NCBI GenBank assembly: GCA_016235455.1
Contig: JACRKZ010000073.1
Coordinates: 14,175 to 78,174, forward strand
Direction of reading: 5' to 3'
DNA length: 64,000 bases
Source of the DNA: Armatimonadota bacterium
GTDB taxonomy: Bacteria > Armatimonadota > UBA10988
Below are positions 41,134-49,251 of this stretch, one piece after another. The position numbers were made by a program, and so were the translations under genes. Each line of letters starts with the position of its first letter. Position 1 is the stretch's first letter. The notes under the pieces were generated by a model. That model made no database searches, had not been told where the DNA came from, and worked only from the letters and a program-made list of their open reading frames with translations.

Positions 41134-41634
41134 ATGGCCGGCGCGAGTGTCGAGCCAGTCAGTGCGCCGGAGCCTGTGGTCCGGCCCGCACGGTGGCGTC
41201 ACCTGTGGGGTGTACGGCGGCTCAACCGCCAGCTCTTCCCCGAACCCTACGCCTTCTGGCGCTTTGTCGGCTATCAGCTCTCCAGCCAGGGCTGGATCTG
41301 GGTGGCCGAGCAAGGCGACGACATCGTCGGTTACGCCGTGCTCACACTCAGCCTCTACAGCGAGCCGCGCCGCATGGTCGGCGAGATCATCTCCATCGCC
41401 ACCGTCCCCGAGGTGCGGCGCCAGGGCGTGGCGCGCGGCATGTTGCGCCAGGCCCTCAGCCGGGCGTGGGAACGCGGGGTGGGCCAGGTGTACCTGCAGG
41501 TGGCCGTCGACAACGACGCCGCCCAACGGCTCTACCGTGCCGAAGGGTTCACCGTCGAGCGGCGGCTGAAGGGCTACTACCTGAACGGCGACGACGCCTG
41601 GCTGATGGTGGTGGCGCGGCCTAAGCCGGCTTGA
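41134..41634 (+). CDS. RimI-like GNAT N-acetyltransferase
   Basis: RRQGVA motif A, LQVAVDN..AQRLY..EGF, GYY.NGDDA. Confidence 0.85.
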   Translation: MAGASVEPVSAPEPVVRPARWRHLWGVRRLNRQLFPEPYAFWRFVGYQLSSQGWIWVAEQGDDIVGYAVLTLSLYSEPRRMVGEIISIATVPEVRRQGVARGMLRQALSRAWERGVGQVYLQVAVDNDAAQRLYRAEGFTVERRLKGYYLNGDDAWLMVVARPKPA

Positions 41635-41857
41635 CCAGACACGAGTCCAGAGCGTCCTGCTGGCGCAGTAGCTCGATGATGTCCTCCACCGGAGTGATGG
41701 CCCCCGTGGACATGTCGTGGAGCAGGAACACCCCGCGCGTGTTCCAGGAGGTGTTCGGCAAGATCAACCGCTGGTCCACGCCGCCACGCGCCTTGACCCG
41801 CACCTGCATCAGCTTGTACTCGTCCAGCTTGTACTCGCCAACCTCGATCACCGCCAT
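41621..41857 (-). CDS. Small hypothetical protein (78 aa)
   Basis: GAGGAG RBS, strong GC3 codon bias, TATGAT box upstream on the minus strand. Confidence 0.65.
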   Translation of the reverse strand: MAVIEVGEYKLDEYKLMQVRVKARGGVDQRLILPNTSWNTRGVFLLHDMSTGAITPVEDIIELLRQQDALDSCLVKPA

Positions 41858-42058
41858 GGGGTTGCTCCTCTCTGCGCACCGAACAATCGGATCATAACCC
41901 ATTCCGCGCCAGGTTGCCAGACGTGGCGGCGTGCTGGCGCACGCTGGGCGTGAGGCGCCGGGCGTGCGGCGTTGCGGAGCGCGGCAGGTCACAGCGCCGC
42001 GGAACCAGGCCGGCCCAGGGCGATCATCCACTAAGACGCTCGAGGCCCGACCCGGTCA

Positions 42059-42087
42059 TTGACCAGCCGGGGTATCGCGGTTACTCT
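42059..42087 (+). promoter_or_regulatory. Putative sigma70 promoter of tyrS
   Basis: TTGACC-17 bp-TACTCT. Confidence 0.45.
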
Positions 42088-42119
42088 GCCGAGCAGGCAA
42101 AAGAGCAGGAGAAACCACG

Positions 42120-43361
42120 ATGAGCGCCCCCACCGAGCACGTGCTCGACACTTTGGCGGCTCGTGGCTTCATCCACCAGATGAGCGACGAGGCCGTCCTG
42201 CGCGAGATGCTGTCTGGACGTGCCACGTACTATACGGGCTTCGATCCCACCGGCCCCAGCCTGACCGCGGGTCATCTGGTGCCGATCATGATGATGGCGC
42301 ACCTGCAGCGCGCGGGCCATCGGCCCATCGTGCTGTGTGGCGGCGGCACGGCGCTGGTCGGCGACCCGAGCGGCAAGACCAGCTCGCGGCCGATGCTCAC
42401 GCGCGACGACATCGACTCCAATCTGGCCAGCCAGAAGCGCCAGCTCATGCACTTCCTGGAGTTCGACAACGGCGCGGGCCTGACGGCCAACAATGCCGAT
42501 TGGCTGTGCGAGCTCAAGTACGTCGACTTCCTGCGCGATATTGGCCGGCTGTTCAGCGTCAACCAGATGCTCACTGCCGAGATCTACCGCACGCGGCTGG
42601 AGAACAACCAGTCGTTGTCCTTCCTGGAGTTCAACTACCAGTTGCTCCAGGCCTATGACTTCCTGCACCTCTATCGTGAGCACGGCTGCCTGCTGCAGTG
42701 CGCGGGCTCCGACCAGTGGGCCAACTGCCTGGCCGGCATGGACCTCATCCGGCGCATCGAGGGCAAGGAGGCAGCGGTGCTGTGCGCGCCGCTGCTGACC
42801 ACCGCCACCGGCGCCAAGATGGGCAAGACCGAGGCCGGCGCGGTCTGGCTGGCGGCCGACCGCACCGCGCCGTACGACTTCTACCAGTACTGGGTCAATG
42901 TCGACGACCGTGACGTGCAGAGCTGGCTGAAGCTGTTCACCTTCCTGCCGCTCGAGCAGATCGCCGACCTGACCAACGTCGAGGGCGCCGCGCTCAACGA
43001 GGCCAAGCGCACGCTGGCCTACGAGATCACGGGTCTGGTGCACGGCCAGGACGAGGCCGAGAAGGCGCGCGATGCCGCCAAGGCGTTGTTCGGCGGCGGT
43101 GGCGACCTGAGCCAGGTGCCCACCTCCGAAGCCAGCGAGGCCGAGCTGCGCGACGGCGTATCGCTCATGGCGCTGCTGGTGCGCTGCGGCCTGTGCGCCT
43201 CCAACGGTGAGGCCAAACGCGCCATCAGCCAGGGCGGCGCCTATGTCAATGGTGAGCCCTGCCGCGACATCCAGGCCAAGTTGACGCTCGACCACATCGA
43301 GGACGGCGGCATCATGCTGCGTGTCGGCAAGAAGCACTACCATCGGTTGCTGGTGGTGTAG
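42120..43361 (+). CDS. tyrS: Tyrosine--tRNA ligase
   Basis: YTGFDPT..SLTAGH, GDPSGK, EFNYQLLQAYDF, GSDQW, KMGKT, S4 domain ending RVGKK. Confidence 0.96.
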   Translation: MSAPTEHVLDTLAARGFIHQMSDEAVLREMLSGRATYYTGFDPTGPSLTAGHLVPIMMMAHLQRAGHRPIVLCGGGTALVGDPSGKTSSRPMLTRDDIDSNLASQKRQLMHFLEFDNGAGLTANNADWLCELKYVDFLRDIGRLFSVNQMLTAEIYRTRLENNQSLSFLEFNYQLLQAYDFLHLYREHGCLLQCAGSDQWANCLAGMDLIRRIEGKEAAVLCAPLLTTATGAKMGKTEAGAVWLAADRTAPYDFYQYWVNVDDRDVQSWLKLFTFLPLEQIADLTNVEGAALNEAKRTLAYEITGLVHGQDEAEKARDAAKALFGGGGDLSQVPTSEASEAELRDGVSLMALLVRCGLCASNGEAKRAISQGGAYVNGEPCRDIQAKLTLDHIEDGGIMLRVGKKHYHRLLVV

Positions 43362-43439
43362 GGCACGAGCCGCGTTGATTGGCCTCGGCGCCAAGGACTC
43401 CCGCCGAACCCGGCGAACCGGTCGGCGGGAGTCACCACC

Positions 43440-44873
43440 ATGCCACGCATTGCCATGATCGGCGCCGGCAGCCAGGTCTTCTGCAAGACCCTGTCGATGG
43501 ACATCTTCGCCACTCCGGCGCTGGCCGGCAGCGAGATCCGGCTGATGAGCCGGACCAAGCCCAAGCTCGACCGCATGGAGGCGTTCCTCCGGCGCGTCGT
43601 CGCCGACAACCACCTCGACTTCGAGATCAGCAGCACCCTCGACCGGCGCGAGGCGCTACGCGATGCCGACTACGTCATCTGCATGATCCAGGTGGGCGGG
43701 CTCGACGCGTATAGCCTCGACTATGAGATCCCGCTCCGTTACGGCGTCGACCAGTGCATCGGCGACTCGCTCGGGCCGGGCGGCATCTTCCGCGGGCTGC
43801 GCACCATTCCCGTCCTGGCCGACCTGATGCGCGACATGGCGGAGTTGTGCCCCAATGCGCTGCTGCTCAACTATGCCAACCCCATGGCAGCCTGCTGTCT
43901 GGCGCTGGGGCGCATGTCGCATGATATCCAGTTCATCGGCCTGTGCCACGGCGTGCAGACCACGATGGACCTCATCGCCGGCTACCTGGACCTGCCCAAG
44001 GAGCAGATCGACTTCCTGTGCGCCGGCATCAACCACATGGCGTGGTTCCTGAAGCTCTCGGACAAGCTGACCGGCGAAGACCTCTACCCGCGGTTCCGCG
44101 CCGACTTCGAGAAGCCCGAGTACTACGCCAACGAGAAGGTCCGCGGCGAGGTCATGCGCCAGTTCGGCTACTTCATGACCGAGTCGACGGGGCACCTCTC
44201 AGAGTACATTCCCTGGTTCCGCGCCAGCCAGCGCGCGCTCGACCTGTACTGCGACGAGCCCAGCTTCGGCGGCGAGAGCGGTGCCTACTACAAGTACTGC
44301 CAGATGCTGGACGGCAAATACCGCGACGTGGATTACCTGGCCAGCGAGGACAGCACGGTCGGCCGGCGCTCGGTGGAGTACTGCTCGTACATCCTGGAGG
44401 CGCACGAGACCGACCGCGTCTTCCGCCTGCAGGGCAATGTGCGCAATGACGGCTACATCGACAATCTGCCCGCGGGCTGTTGTGTCGAGGTGCCGGTCTA
44501 TGTCGACCGCGGCGGCCTGCATCCGGCCAAGGTCGGCGCTCTGCCGCCGCAGCTCGCGGCGCTCAACCAGAGCAACGTCAGCGTGCAGACGCTGGCCGTC
44601 GAGGCCGGGCTCACCGGCGACCCCGAGCACATCGTCCACGCCGTGGCCATGGACCCGCTGACCAGCGCGGTCTGCACCTTGGCCGAGGTGCGCGCCATGG
44701 TCAGCGAGATGCTGGAAGCGCAGCGCGCCTGGCTGCCGCAGTTCGCGGGCAAGTCCGTGCGGGCGACACCGGCCATCAGCATCCCCGCCGGCCTCAAGCG
44801 GGTCGACGTACCGCTCGATCCCGCCCTGGCCATCGTCCACCGCTTCGCGGAACTGGCGCAGCGGCAGGTCTGA
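43440..44873 (+). CDS. melA: GH4 NAD-dependent alpha-galactosidase
   Basis: IGAGS, GDSLGPGGIFRGLRT, NYANP, GLCHGV, GINH, TESTGHLSEY. Confidence 0.9.
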   Translation: MPRIAMIGAGSQVFCKTLSMDIFATPALAGSEIRLMSRTKPKLDRMEAFLRRVVADNHLDFEISSTLDRREALRDADYVICMIQVGGLDAYSLDYEIPLRYGVDQCIGDSLGPGGIFRGLRTIPVLADLMRDMAELCPNALLLNYANPMAACCLALGRMSHDIQFIGLCHGVQTTMDLIAGYLDLPKEQIDFLCAGINHMAWFLKLSDKLTGEDLYPRFRADFEKPEYYANEKVRGEVMRQFGYFMTESTGHLSEYIPWFRASQRALDLYCDEPSFGGESGAYYKYCQMLDGKYRDVDYLASEDSTVGRRSVEYCSYILEAHETDRVFRLQGNVRNDGYIDNLPAGCCVEVPVYVDRGGLHPAKVGALPPQLAALNQSNVSVQTLAVEAGLTGDPEHIVHAVAMDPLTSAVCTLAEVRAMVSEMLEAQRAWLPQFAGKSVRATPAISIPAGLKRVDVPLDPALAIVHRFAELAQRQV

Positions 44874-44890
44874 CCGATGGGCCGGATCGA

Positions 44891-44946
44891 CAGGTGGCGC
44901 AGATGAACGCAGATAGTGATCCATCTGCGTCCATCTGCGTCATCTG
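44891..44946. repeat. Intergenic palindrome of tandem GCAGAT units between convergent genes
   Basis: CAGGTGGCGCAGATGAACGCAGAT ... ATCTGCGTCCATCTGCGTCATCTG. Confidence 0.7.
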
Positions 44947-44950
44947 TTGA

Positions 44951-47734
44951 TCATTGCGGCTGGCGGAACGTGCCCTCGAAGGCCAGCCAGTCGACCACGG
45001 CCCAGTCGCCGCCGATGTTGTCCACCTGCGACTTGTGGCGGCCGGCGGGGAGTGACCAGGTGATGACCTGGTTGTACTCGGCAGCGCCGGAATCGTTCTT
45101 GCCGTCCTTGTCGGGCAGGTCGACCAGCTCGGTTTGCTGGCCGTCGATGCGCAGCACCAGCTTGGCGCCGGCCGTGGCCACGGCGCGGACGTGCAGCCGC
45201 AGCGTGGCCGGCTGAGCCGCGTCGTAGGTGAAGGTCGGCGGGTTGCGCAACTCCTGGTGGAGCAGGCCCTGCAAGGTGGCGATCATGGCCTCGGCGCCCG
45301 GTACGTCGCCGTCGGGCTTCACCGTGAAGTCGGCCTTGGCCGGCCGGGCCCAGCCGCTGGGGATGTCCACGCGCGTCGGCTCCGCCAGGCGGCTGATGTC
45401 CGGCGCGGCGCCGTAGTCGAGCAGCGCCACGACATAGGCGTCGACCTCGGGCACGGTGAGACTCAGCCGGTCGCCCTCCAGCCGGGCCTGACCAGCGCGC
45501 TCGCCGTCCCAGTCGGGTGAGACCAGCCGCACTCTGGTGGGCGCGTTGGCCACCGGCAGGGATACGGCGATATCGCGCTGCGGCTCGCGGCGGCGGTTGA
45601 TGACGTGGAGCGCCAGCCCGCTGGGCACCTGCCACGCGGCCAGCCCCACCTCGGGCGCCTTGGTGGCCAGCGGCGACGAGGCCAGATAGCGGCCCTTCAG
45701 GTAGAGGTCGCGCTGACGCTGGTAGAACCGCGTCTGCTGGGCGATGGTGGCGAGGGTGCCGTCCTGAGCGGCATCGCAGCCGAATGGGCCGAGTACCGGG
45801 AAGGCGAACTTGCCGCCGGCCGCGTAGATCTCCGCGCCGCGCACGCGCATCCAGCGGTCGCGCTCTGCCACGGGCGCCGCCATCCACGGGAAGGGCGTGT
45901 CACCAAAGCCCCAGTCGTGGAACAGCACGACGGGCACCCGGCGGCCGGCCAGCGCCTCGCCGCGCTTGACCATTGTGCGCCAGATGGGCAGTTGATCCTC
46001 GGCGAAGTCGATATGGCCGTCGCGCATGGTCCAGTTGCCCCACACGCCGAGCACCTGCAGGTCGACGTATCTGGCCAGGCCGTTGGCGCTGATCCAGACC
46101 CGGCGGCCGTGCTCGGCGGCATAGGTGCGTATGCGGTCTGTGAGGCTCTTCCAGGCATGGTCGTCGCGCCAGGTACGGCATTGGTGCCAGAGCGACACGT
46201 GACGGCCCTGCGGTGACTTGGCGAGCGAGGCGCGATAGTCCAGCGTGTCGATGTTGTCCGTGTCCAGGTCGTACTGCGTGCGCCAGCGCGGGTCGACCGC
46301 CGCCCAGCCGCGCGTCGGCTCATGGACGTTGCGCAGCCAGTAGCGGAAGTCGGCCACCGAGGCGTCGTCGAAGCCTTCGTTGCCGCCCAGCGCGGCGGTG
46401 TGCTCGTCCATGAACAGGTAGTCGGCGCCCGCATCGATCTGCTCGCGACACCAGCGGAACAGATAGCTCAGGTAGGCCGGGCTGGACAGCGAGCCGTGGC
46501 GCGTGCCGGGCTGGTCCCAGGCGTCCACGAGCGTGCCATCGGGTCCTCGGGTGGCCATCTCCAGCAACTGCGGGCGGGTGATGCCGTTCTCAGTGTCATA
46601 CAGCGCGCTGCACGTAATGCCACCGCCAAACAGCGCGCCGAAGGCGTGCGCCTGCGCCGGCAGTTGGCTCCAGGCCCCAAAGTTGGGCGCCTGGGCCCAC
46701 TTGAACCAGCCGCGCACGAGCATGTCGCTGCCCACCAGCTTGGCCAGTTCGAGCGCGCGCGTGGTGCTGGTCATCTCGGCCATGGTGTAGACGATGGGGT
46801 CGTTGGGGTCGGTCGCCGGCGTGGCGCGGCGCAACTCGGCGGGGAAGGGCGGCATTGGCCTGGTCCAGCTGTCGGGCAAGCTGGGCGGGACGAGCTTGTG
46901 CTCGGCCGTCAGGCGGTCGCCATCAGCGCGCAGCCGCACGGCGCGTGCCGCTTGCTGCGCGGCATCGCCCGGGAACGGTGCCAACCAGGCCCAGGCCCGG
47001 GCCGACGCGGGCGTGAAGCCGGCATAGAAGAACAGGTTGGCCGGTGTGTGCAGTTGCAGGAAGGCATGTCCACGGGCACCGTCGATGGCCGGGCCCTGAT
47101 GCACCACGCCCAACGCTACGCCGCGGCTGCCGGTGGCCAGCACGGCATTGGTGGCCGGCGCCAGGCTCTTGGCCGTGTCACCGTTGTCGCCCCAGGCCGA
47201 CACGCCGGCAAAGACCTGCGGCGTGCCCAGGGCGGCGAACCGACCCTCGTGCGTCTTGCCGTCGGCCGACCAGTAGCGGTAGCCGTCGAACAGCGCCGTG
47301 TCGAGTGGCAGGCGTGGCGGGCTCCACATCGTGCCTTGCGCCTTGGTCGCGTCCTGCGGATAGCAGCGCATGAGCAGTCCGTCGGCGGTGGCGATGGCTT
47401 CCCAACAAACCGGTGAGTCGCTGTCGGCAACCTGGGCCGTGGCGGCGATGGTGACCACCTCGCCGTGTGGCTCAACCACGATCCGGGCGCGTGCGCTGGT
47501 CGGATCGATCAGCCCCGCGGCTGGCGCCCAGCCGAAGCTGGCGGGGTTGTCCTTGGCGGCGACCGGCAGCCAGGTGCCATCGGGCGCGCGCAAGGCCAGC
47601 CGCAGCGTCAGCGCCTCGGTGCCGACGACGGCGCGCCAGCCGTCACCAGTGATGGTGGTCGAGGTGGGCTGGCGTGTCACCGTGGGCGCCGCGCTGAGCG
47701 CGGCGGCGAACAGCAGCGGAATCAGGGTGGCCAT
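44951..47734 (-). CDS. Large secreted protein, putative glycoside hydrolase (TIM-barrel-like core, C-terminal CBM-like domain)
   Basis: Signal peptide; GADYLFMDEH, WISANG, FHDWG; Trp-rich; C-terminal DNIGGDWAVVDW. Confidence 0.55.
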   Translation of the reverse strand: MATLIPLLFAAALSAAPTVTRQPTSTTITGDGWRAVVGTEALTLRLALRAPDGTWLPVAAKDNPASFGWAPAAGLIDPTSARARIVVEPHGEVVTIAATAQVADSDSPVCWEAIATADGLLMRCYPQDATKAQGTMWSPPRLPLDTALFDGYRYWSADGKTHEGRFAALGTPQVFAGVSAWGDNGDTAKSLAPATNAVLATGSRGVALGVVHQGPAIDGARGHAFLQLHTPANLFFYAGFTPASARAWAWLAPFPGDAAQQAARAVRLRADGDRLTAEHKLVPPSLPDSWTRPMPPFPAELRRATPATDPNDPIVYTMAEMTSTTRALELAKLVGSDMLVRGWFKWAQAPNFGAWSQLPAQAHAFGALFGGGITCSALYDTENGITRPQLLEMATRGPDGTLVDAWDQPGTRHGSLSSPAYLSYLFRWCREQIDAGADYLFMDEHTAALGGNEGFDDASVADFRYWLRNVHEPTRGWAAVDPRWRTQYDLDTDNIDTLDYRASLAKSPQGRHVSLWHQCRTWRDDHAWKSLTDRIRTYAAEHGRRVWISANGLARYVDLQVLGVWGNWTMRDGHIDFAEDQLPIWRTMVKRGEALAGRRVPVVLFHDWGFGDTPFPWMAAPVAERDRWMRVRGAEIYAAGGKFAFPVLGPFGCDAAQDGTLATIAQQTRFYQRQRDLYLKGRYLASSPLATKAPEVGLAAWQVPSGLALHVINRRREPQRDIAVSLPVANAPTRVRLVSPDWDGERAGQARLEGDRLSLTVPEVDAYVVALLDYGAAPDISRLAEPTRVDIPSGWARPAKADFTVKPDGDVPGAEAMIATLQGLLHQELRNPPTFTYDAAQPATLRLHVRAVATAGAKLVLRIDGQQTELVDLPDKDGKNDSGAAEYNQVITWSLPAGRHKSQVDNIGGDWAVVDWLAFEGTFRQPQ

Positions 47735-47744
47735 GGCGGCGCTC

Positions 47745-48512
47745 CTAACCGACGAATTGCTTGAGGTAGGCGAGCTGGCGGCCGGTGTTCTCCTCGGCCT
47801 TGCGGAACGTACCCACTTCGAGCACGCACCAGCCGTCGAAGCCCACCTCGGCCAGTGCGTCGACACACTCGGGCAGTGGCACGTTGCCCTCGCCCAGCAG
47901 ACAGTCGCTGAGCTTGACGCCGAACTCCTTGATGTGGACCTGGCAGATGCGGCTGGCCAGGGCGCGGATCTCGTAAACGGGATCGTGACCAAGCCACAGC
48001 GCGTTGCCCACATCGTAGTAGCAGCCCACCGCCGGCGAGCCGATGGCGTCGAGCAGGCCGAGCACCTCAGCCGCCGGCAGCTCGCCCTCATAGCCCAACG
48101 TGACTCCAGCGGCCTCAGCCGCATGAGTCACGCCGCGGAAGCCGTCCACGACGCGCGCGGTCTGCTCGGCCGAGCGTGGCGCGGAGTCGAAGAAGAAGGG
48201 CACAAGCACCACGCCAGCACCCAGCTCGGCCGCGGCGGCGATGGCGGCGGTGACGAGTTTGGTGGCCCGCGCGCGCACGGCGTCGTCCTCGCTCGACCAG
48301 CCGCCCTGGTTGAGCGTGCCCAGCATCAGCGACGAGACCGCCAGGCCGGCGGTGTCGGCCGCGGCGCGCGTGGCGGCGCGGGTCTCGGGGTCGCTGGTCA
48401 GGTCGCCGGCCTCGCCGAAGCCCAACTCCACGCCGTCGAGCCCGATGCGCTGGGCCACCTCGAACAGCGTGGCGGGCTTGCCGAGGCAGTACTGCAGTGC
48501 GCCGAATCGCAT
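47745..48512 (-). CDS. Sugar phosphate isomerase/epimerase (hexulose-phosphate epimerase-like)
   Basis: GLDGVEL, LGYE, YYDVGN, VHIKE, LGEG.V, VLE. Confidence 0.85.
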   Translation of the reverse strand: MRFGALQYCLGKPATLFEVAQRIGLDGVELGFGEAGDLTSDPETRAATRAAADTAGLAVSSLMLGTLNQGGWSSEDDAVRARATKLVTAAIAAAAELGAGVVLVPFFFDSAPRSAEQTARVVDGFRGVTHAAEAAGVTLGYEGELPAAEVLGLLDAIGSPAVGCYYDVGNALWLGHDPVYEIRALASRICQVHIKEFGVKLSDCLLGEGNVPLPECVDALAEVGFDGWCVLEVGTFRKAEENTGRQLAYLKQFVG

Positions 48513-48544
48513 GAACGTCTCCGGCGCGATTGTACCCGATGTGA

Positions 48545-48654
48545 GGGCTGAAGGCCCGGTGTCAATCCAGCCCAGGGCAACGCCCTGGGCCAACGTGGGC
48601 CATCGCGCGACCCAGGGCGCTGCCCTCGGTTGATACGGTACCGGGCCTTCAGCC
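48545..48654. repeat. Composite REP-like palindrome upstream of tnpA
   Basis: 15-bp arms GGCTGAAGGCCCGGT/ACCGGGCCTTCAGCC enclosing two CCCAGGGC-N3-GCCCT(G/C)GG hairpins. Confidence 0.8.
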
Positions 48655-48691
48655 GTTGATCCGATCTTGGGTTGGTGTTACCTTTCGCAAC

Positions 48692-49144
48692 ATGCCTCAG
48701 TCGTTGGCCGACGTGGTGGTGCACATCATCTACAGCACCAAGGGACGGCGTCCGTGTTTGTCGGACGGTGTGCTGGCCGAGCCGCACGCGTTCTCAGCGG
48801 CGCTGGTGCGCAAGTGCGGCTGCGAGTGCTATCGCGCTGGTGGCACGGCTGACCATGTGCATCTGGCGGTGCGGCTGGCGCGGACGGTGGCCCTTGCTGA
48901 GTTGGTCGAGGAGGTCAAGGTGGCCTCGTCGAAGTGGCTCAAGGAGCAGTCGTGGGGGTTGGTCGACTTCGCTTGGCAGCGCGGCTACGGTGCCTTCTTG
49001 GTCGGCCAGGACGACCTGCCGGGTCTGATCCACGACATCGACACCCAGCGACAACACCACGCGGGGAATACCTTCGAGCACGAGTACCGTCAGACCCTTG
49101 CGGCAAACGGTCTTTCGTACGACGAGCGGTACGTGTGGGACTGA
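48692..49144 (+). mobile_element. tnpA: IS200/IS605-family (RAYT-like) Y1 HUH transposase, probably inactive
   Basis: HIIYSTKGR, DHVH (HUH), SSKW, FAWQRGYGAF, QxxHH, YDERYVWD; the YIxxQ tyrosine reads D. Confidence 0.88.
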
Positions 49145-49148
49145 ACGT

Positions 49149-49219
49149 GGGCCAACGGCCCGGCGTCAATTCAGCCTAGGACGTTGCCCCAGGCTGGTAT
49201 GACGCCGGGCCGTTGGCCC
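49149..49219. repeat. REP-like palindrome downstream of tnpA
   Basis: 20-bp perfect arms GGGCCAACGGCCCGGCGTCA/TGACGCCGGGCCGTTGGCCC with inner CAGCCT...AGGCTG. Confidence 0.8.
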
Positions 49220-49251
49220 TGCGTGGGTGTATGATCGGTTGGGAGTTCTAG

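Noticed and set aside
41860-42119. T-box riboswitch upstream of tyrS
   Set aside because: No T-box consensus or terminator seen; the candidate promoter lies only about 30 bp from the start
42250-42290. TyrS HIGH motif reading TAGH
   Set aside because: Within the plausible variation of class I synthetase motifs; all other TyrRS motifs are intact
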